A stretch of 64,000 nucleotides of DNA, from positions 1 to 64,000 of the forward strand of contig CAVPJU010000002.1 of assembly GCA_963705505.1 (NCBI GenBank), given 5' to 3'. The notes under the pieces were generated by a model that had not been told where the DNA came from, did no database searches, and worked only from the letters and a program-made list of their open reading frames with translations. The stretch comes from an uncultured bacterium. GTDB taxonomy: Bacteria > Desulfobacterota_D > UBA1144 > Nemesobacterales > UBA2774. Below are positions 61,304 through 64,000 of this stretch, piece after piece. Position 1 is the first letter of the stretch; the number at the start of each line of letters is the position of its first letter. A program made the translations under genes and the position numbers.

Positions 61304-62308
61304 TCACGGCTTGAACAGACCCATGTGAGTAATTATCTCGTCCATGTTCTTGTGGGCGGCTTCGTTCGCCCTTTTGGTGCCTTCCCTCAGTATGTCCCTC
61401 ACGTCGTCGGGCCTCTTCTCGAATTCACGTCTCCGCTCCCTTATGGGCTCGATGAGACCGTTTATCGCTTTAGCCAGCTTCTTCTTCACCTCGACGTCCC
61501 CGACGTTTCCCGTCCTGTACCTCTGCTTTAAGTCTTCGACCTCTTCCTTATCGGTATTGAAAGCGTCGTGGTAGACGAATACGGGGTTGCCTTCCACGGT
61601 GCCGGGAATATCGGCGCGTATGCGCTTGGGGTCCGTGTACATGCTCCTCACGCGGGCCTCGACCTCCTTCGGCTCGTCCGAGAGGTAGATGCAGTTGTCG
61701 AGGCTCTTCGACATCTTCCTGTTGCCGTCCGTGCCGACGAGACGCGAAGTCTCGCTTACCACCGGCTCGGGCTCGGTGAAGAATTCGCCGTAGAGGAAAT
61801 TGAACCTTCTTGCGAGCTCGCGTGTGAGCTCGACGTGGCTCAGCTGGTCCTCCCCCACCGGGACCTTCGTGGCCTTGAACATCAGTATGTCCGCAGCCAT
61901 GAGGACGGGGTATCCGAGGAGACCGACCGAATAATTCTCACCGACGCCCATGTCCTGAACCTTTTCCTTGAGAGTGGGTATCCTCTCCGCGCGCGGGACG
62001 CCGCAGATCATGGCGAGTATCGCGTATAGCTCCGTGATGTAGGGTATCTGGGACTGTATATAGAATGTCGATTTATTCGGGTCCATGCCGACGGAGAGCC
62101 AGTCGATCACCATCTCGATCGTGTTGCGCTCGACCTCGCCTACTTTGTCGTAATGGGTCGTGAGCATGTGGAGGTCGGCTACGAGGAAGTAGCAGTCGTA
62201 GTCGTCCTGGAACTTTATGCGGTTCAGGAGCGAGCCTACGAGGTGGCCCAGGTGCAGGCGCCCGGTGGGCCTGTCCCCGGTCACCAGAATCGGTTTACCC
62301 TTTGACAT
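61304..62308 (-). CDS. trpS: Tryptophan-tRNA ligase
   Basis: TGDRPTGRLHLGH, GYPVLMAADI, VPVGEDQ, KMSKS. Confidence 0.97.
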   Translation of the reverse strand: MSKGKPILVTGDRPTGRLHLGHLVGSLLNRIKFQDDYDCYFLVADLHMLTTHYDKVGEVERNTIEMVIDWLSVGMDPNKSTFYIQSQIPYITELYAILAMICGVPRAERIPTLKEKVQDMGVGENYSVGLLGYPVLMAADILMFKATKVPVGEDQLSHVELTRELARRFNFLYGEFFTEPEPVVSETSRLVGTDGNRKMSKSLDNCIYLSDEPKEVEARVRSMYTDPKRIRADIPGTVEGNPVFVYHDAFNTDKEEVEDLKQRYRTGNVGDVEVKKKLAKAINGLIEPIRERRREFEKRPDDVRDILREGTKRANEAAHKNMDEIITHMGLFKP

Positions 62309-62460
62309 GAATCCGATACTCCTTATGTTTTATCCGGCTGATTAAGGGCATTAATATACACAATTTGTGAATTAATTCCGATATAGTTCACAATATTTGA
62401 ATTGTAATGAGTTTTAGATGGCAATCAGATTGAGTATTTCACATTTAATAAAAAGATTAG

Positions 62461-62725
62461 ATCCTGAAGCGAGCCCGCCCTGAACTCGATTCAGGGTTCA
62501 GGATGACGGATAAGCTACCCCCACCCGCGCCCTCCCCCTCCCAGGGGGAGGGAATTAACGGAAAAGCCTGGATTTCTCAAGCACGTTCGAAATGACAACG
62601 ATTTGACCCGTCGGCCCTTCGACACGCTCAGGACGAACGGGGCTTTGAAAGGAATGGATTCCCGATTTCTCGGGAATGACAGAATTGAAGCATACTATTG
62701 GGTGGCTTGCGCTGACTCGCTATGG
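62461..62725. repeat. Cluster of mixed REP-like palindromes
   Basis: ATCCTGAA..TTCAGGATGAC; CCCTCCCCCT..AGGGGGAGGGAATT; GATTTC..GAAATGAC; CCCTTCGACACGCTCAGGACGAACGG; GGATTCCCGA..TCGGGAATGAC. Confidence 0.7.
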
Positions 62726-62740
62726 CAAACATAATTATTA

Positions 62741-63190
62741 TTGTTGACGAAAAAACCTAAACCCCGAATCTTCTCGATCGGGCATTCGAATAGAGAGCTT
62801 GATGAATTCGCCGCGATTCTCAAACACTACGGCATAGAAGCACTCGCGGACATAAGGAGCTATCCGCGCTCGAAGCGTAACCCGCAATTCGACACGGAGC
62901 AGCTCGAAAAGGAGCTTCCCTCACGGGGCATAGAGTATGTGTGGATAAGGGGACTCGGCGGGATGCGCGAGGGCGGCTACGAGGAATACATGAAGACCGC
63001 GGAATTCGAGGAGGGGCTGAACACTCTCAAGTCTTTAGCGAGGGAGAAAAAGACGGTATTCATGTGCGCCGAGCTTGACTGGAGGAGCTGCCACAGGAGC
63101 TTCGTCTCAGGGGCATTGCACAAGCTCAGGTGGGAGGTCGTACATATTTACGACGGGAACGAATCGGAGTCTCACTCGGGCCTATTTTGA
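62741..63190 (+). CDS. DUF488 family protein
   Basis: FSIGHSNR, ADIRSYPRS, MCAE..W.SCHR. Confidence 0.9.
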   Translation: MLTKKPKPRIFSIGHSNRELDEFAAILKHYGIEALADIRSYPRSKRNPQFDTEQLEKELPSRGIEYVWIRGLGGMREGGYEEYMKTAEFEEGLNTLKSLAREKKTVFMCAELDWRSCHRSFVSGALHKLRWEVVHIYDGNESESHSGLF

Positions 63191-63970
63191 TTTCTCCGGC
63201 GTTTTCGACGGTCCGGGCGCGGGCTGCACGCCCTTTGCGTCTTTCGGATTATAGCCGCAGACGAATTCCTCTATGGTGGCGCTCACCGAATTTGCCGGTA
63301 TTGGGCTTTTGTTGGTGCCGATGTTCTCCATGTACACCATCTTCCCGAGCGAGTCGTAGAACTTCGATGACTTATACGCATAAGTCTTCTCACCGCAGTT
63401 GATCGCGGAGGCTATCATGACTTCCCTGTAGACGAGCCCGTCCGTGTCCTTCTGGTCCTCCTTGAAAACGAGCCTGCTCCATGAATAAACCTCGCCCTCT
63501 ATCGTGTTTATAGTCGAGGTGTCCACGTAAACGGCGAATTTTCTCTCGGCGTTTACGTCCGTCACCAGGAACCATGCATCGCTGTCGCGGGACGCAGGCG
63601 CCACATGTTCCGAGGGGGGAAGCGTAGGCAGCGCGCCGGGCTCCGCGGGAACGGGCGCGCCGTCAGAATCACGCTCGCTCACGTTCGCTGCGACCGAAGT
63701 CCCCGGGGTTACCGCGTCCGTATTAACGACGGGCTCCTCTATTTCCTTCCCGGCGCAGGAGAGAATAGGAGCCGTCATGCATAAAGCCAGGAATAATGCC
63801 GCGGGCTTCGTCCCTTTAATGAGGGAAGCGTACCGGCGATACATGAATAGAAGGGATTTTAGCAATCTGCGCGTCTTTTTCATCGGGGCAATCCTCGCCG
63901 CGTCGGGCTGCTGCTCAGCGGGGAATAGCGAAGCCGTAATCCGCTCCGCACAGGCATCATTCCCCGGCAT
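63182..63970 (-). CDS. Lipoprotein with surface-adhesin-E-like domain; start uncertain
   Basis: ILSC lipobox; YVDTSTI, INC, FYD, terminal FVC pattern. Confidence 0.65.
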   Translation of the reverse strand: MPGNDACAERITASLFPAEQQPDAARIAPMKKTRRLLKSLLFMYRRYASLIKGTKPAALFLALCMTAPILSCAGKEIEEPVVNTDAVTPGTSVAANVSERDSDGAPVPAEPGALPTLPPSEHVAPASRDSDAWFLVTDVNAERKFAVYVDTSTINTIEGEVYSWSRLVFKEDQKDTDGLVYREVMIASAINCGEKTYAYKSSKFYDSLGKMVYMENIGTNKSPIPANSVSATIEEFVCGYNPKDAKGVQPAPGPSKTPEKSK

Positions 63971-64000
63971 ATTTACGCTGTTTTAAATACGGATGGTCAA

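Overview
Bacterial chromosomal window of moderate GC with AT-rich intergenic DNA. The gene style and an IPTL-CTERM protein suggest Candidatus Dadabacteria or a relative (inference only). It holds housekeeping and metabolic genes (gdhA, ppc, ppk2, trpS, pcm, archaeal-type SAM synthetase, cytochrome c peroxidase, phoX, ABC-2 exporter, MscS, MFS) and many signalling genes (two tandem PAS-GGDEF proteins, two paralogous PAS/GAF hybrid kinases, a CusR/CzcR-type two-component system, MarR). The highlight is a candidate light-response cascade at about 49.7-60.3 kb. A cobalamin-dependent CarH/LitR photoreceptor-repressor lies divergent from an RpoS/RpoD-like (non-ECF) sigma factor, and 11-bp-periodic (T)nnACA operator repeats lie on both promoters. 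Downstream are an SDR remnant, a photolyase and a DUF523/DUF1722 gene split by a 4.4-kb decayed island. Other signals read from the DNA: three accessory segments bounded by duplicated gene 3' ends, an amber-interrupted DnaB-N/AAA_25 replication gene, five sigma54-type promoters, a candidate Pho box, paired ATTAC-N6-GTAAT boxes, a probable ATC start codon, frameshifted genes, and REP-like palindromes. No rRNA, complete tRNA or CRISPR array was seen. All family calls come from motif recognition, not database searches.
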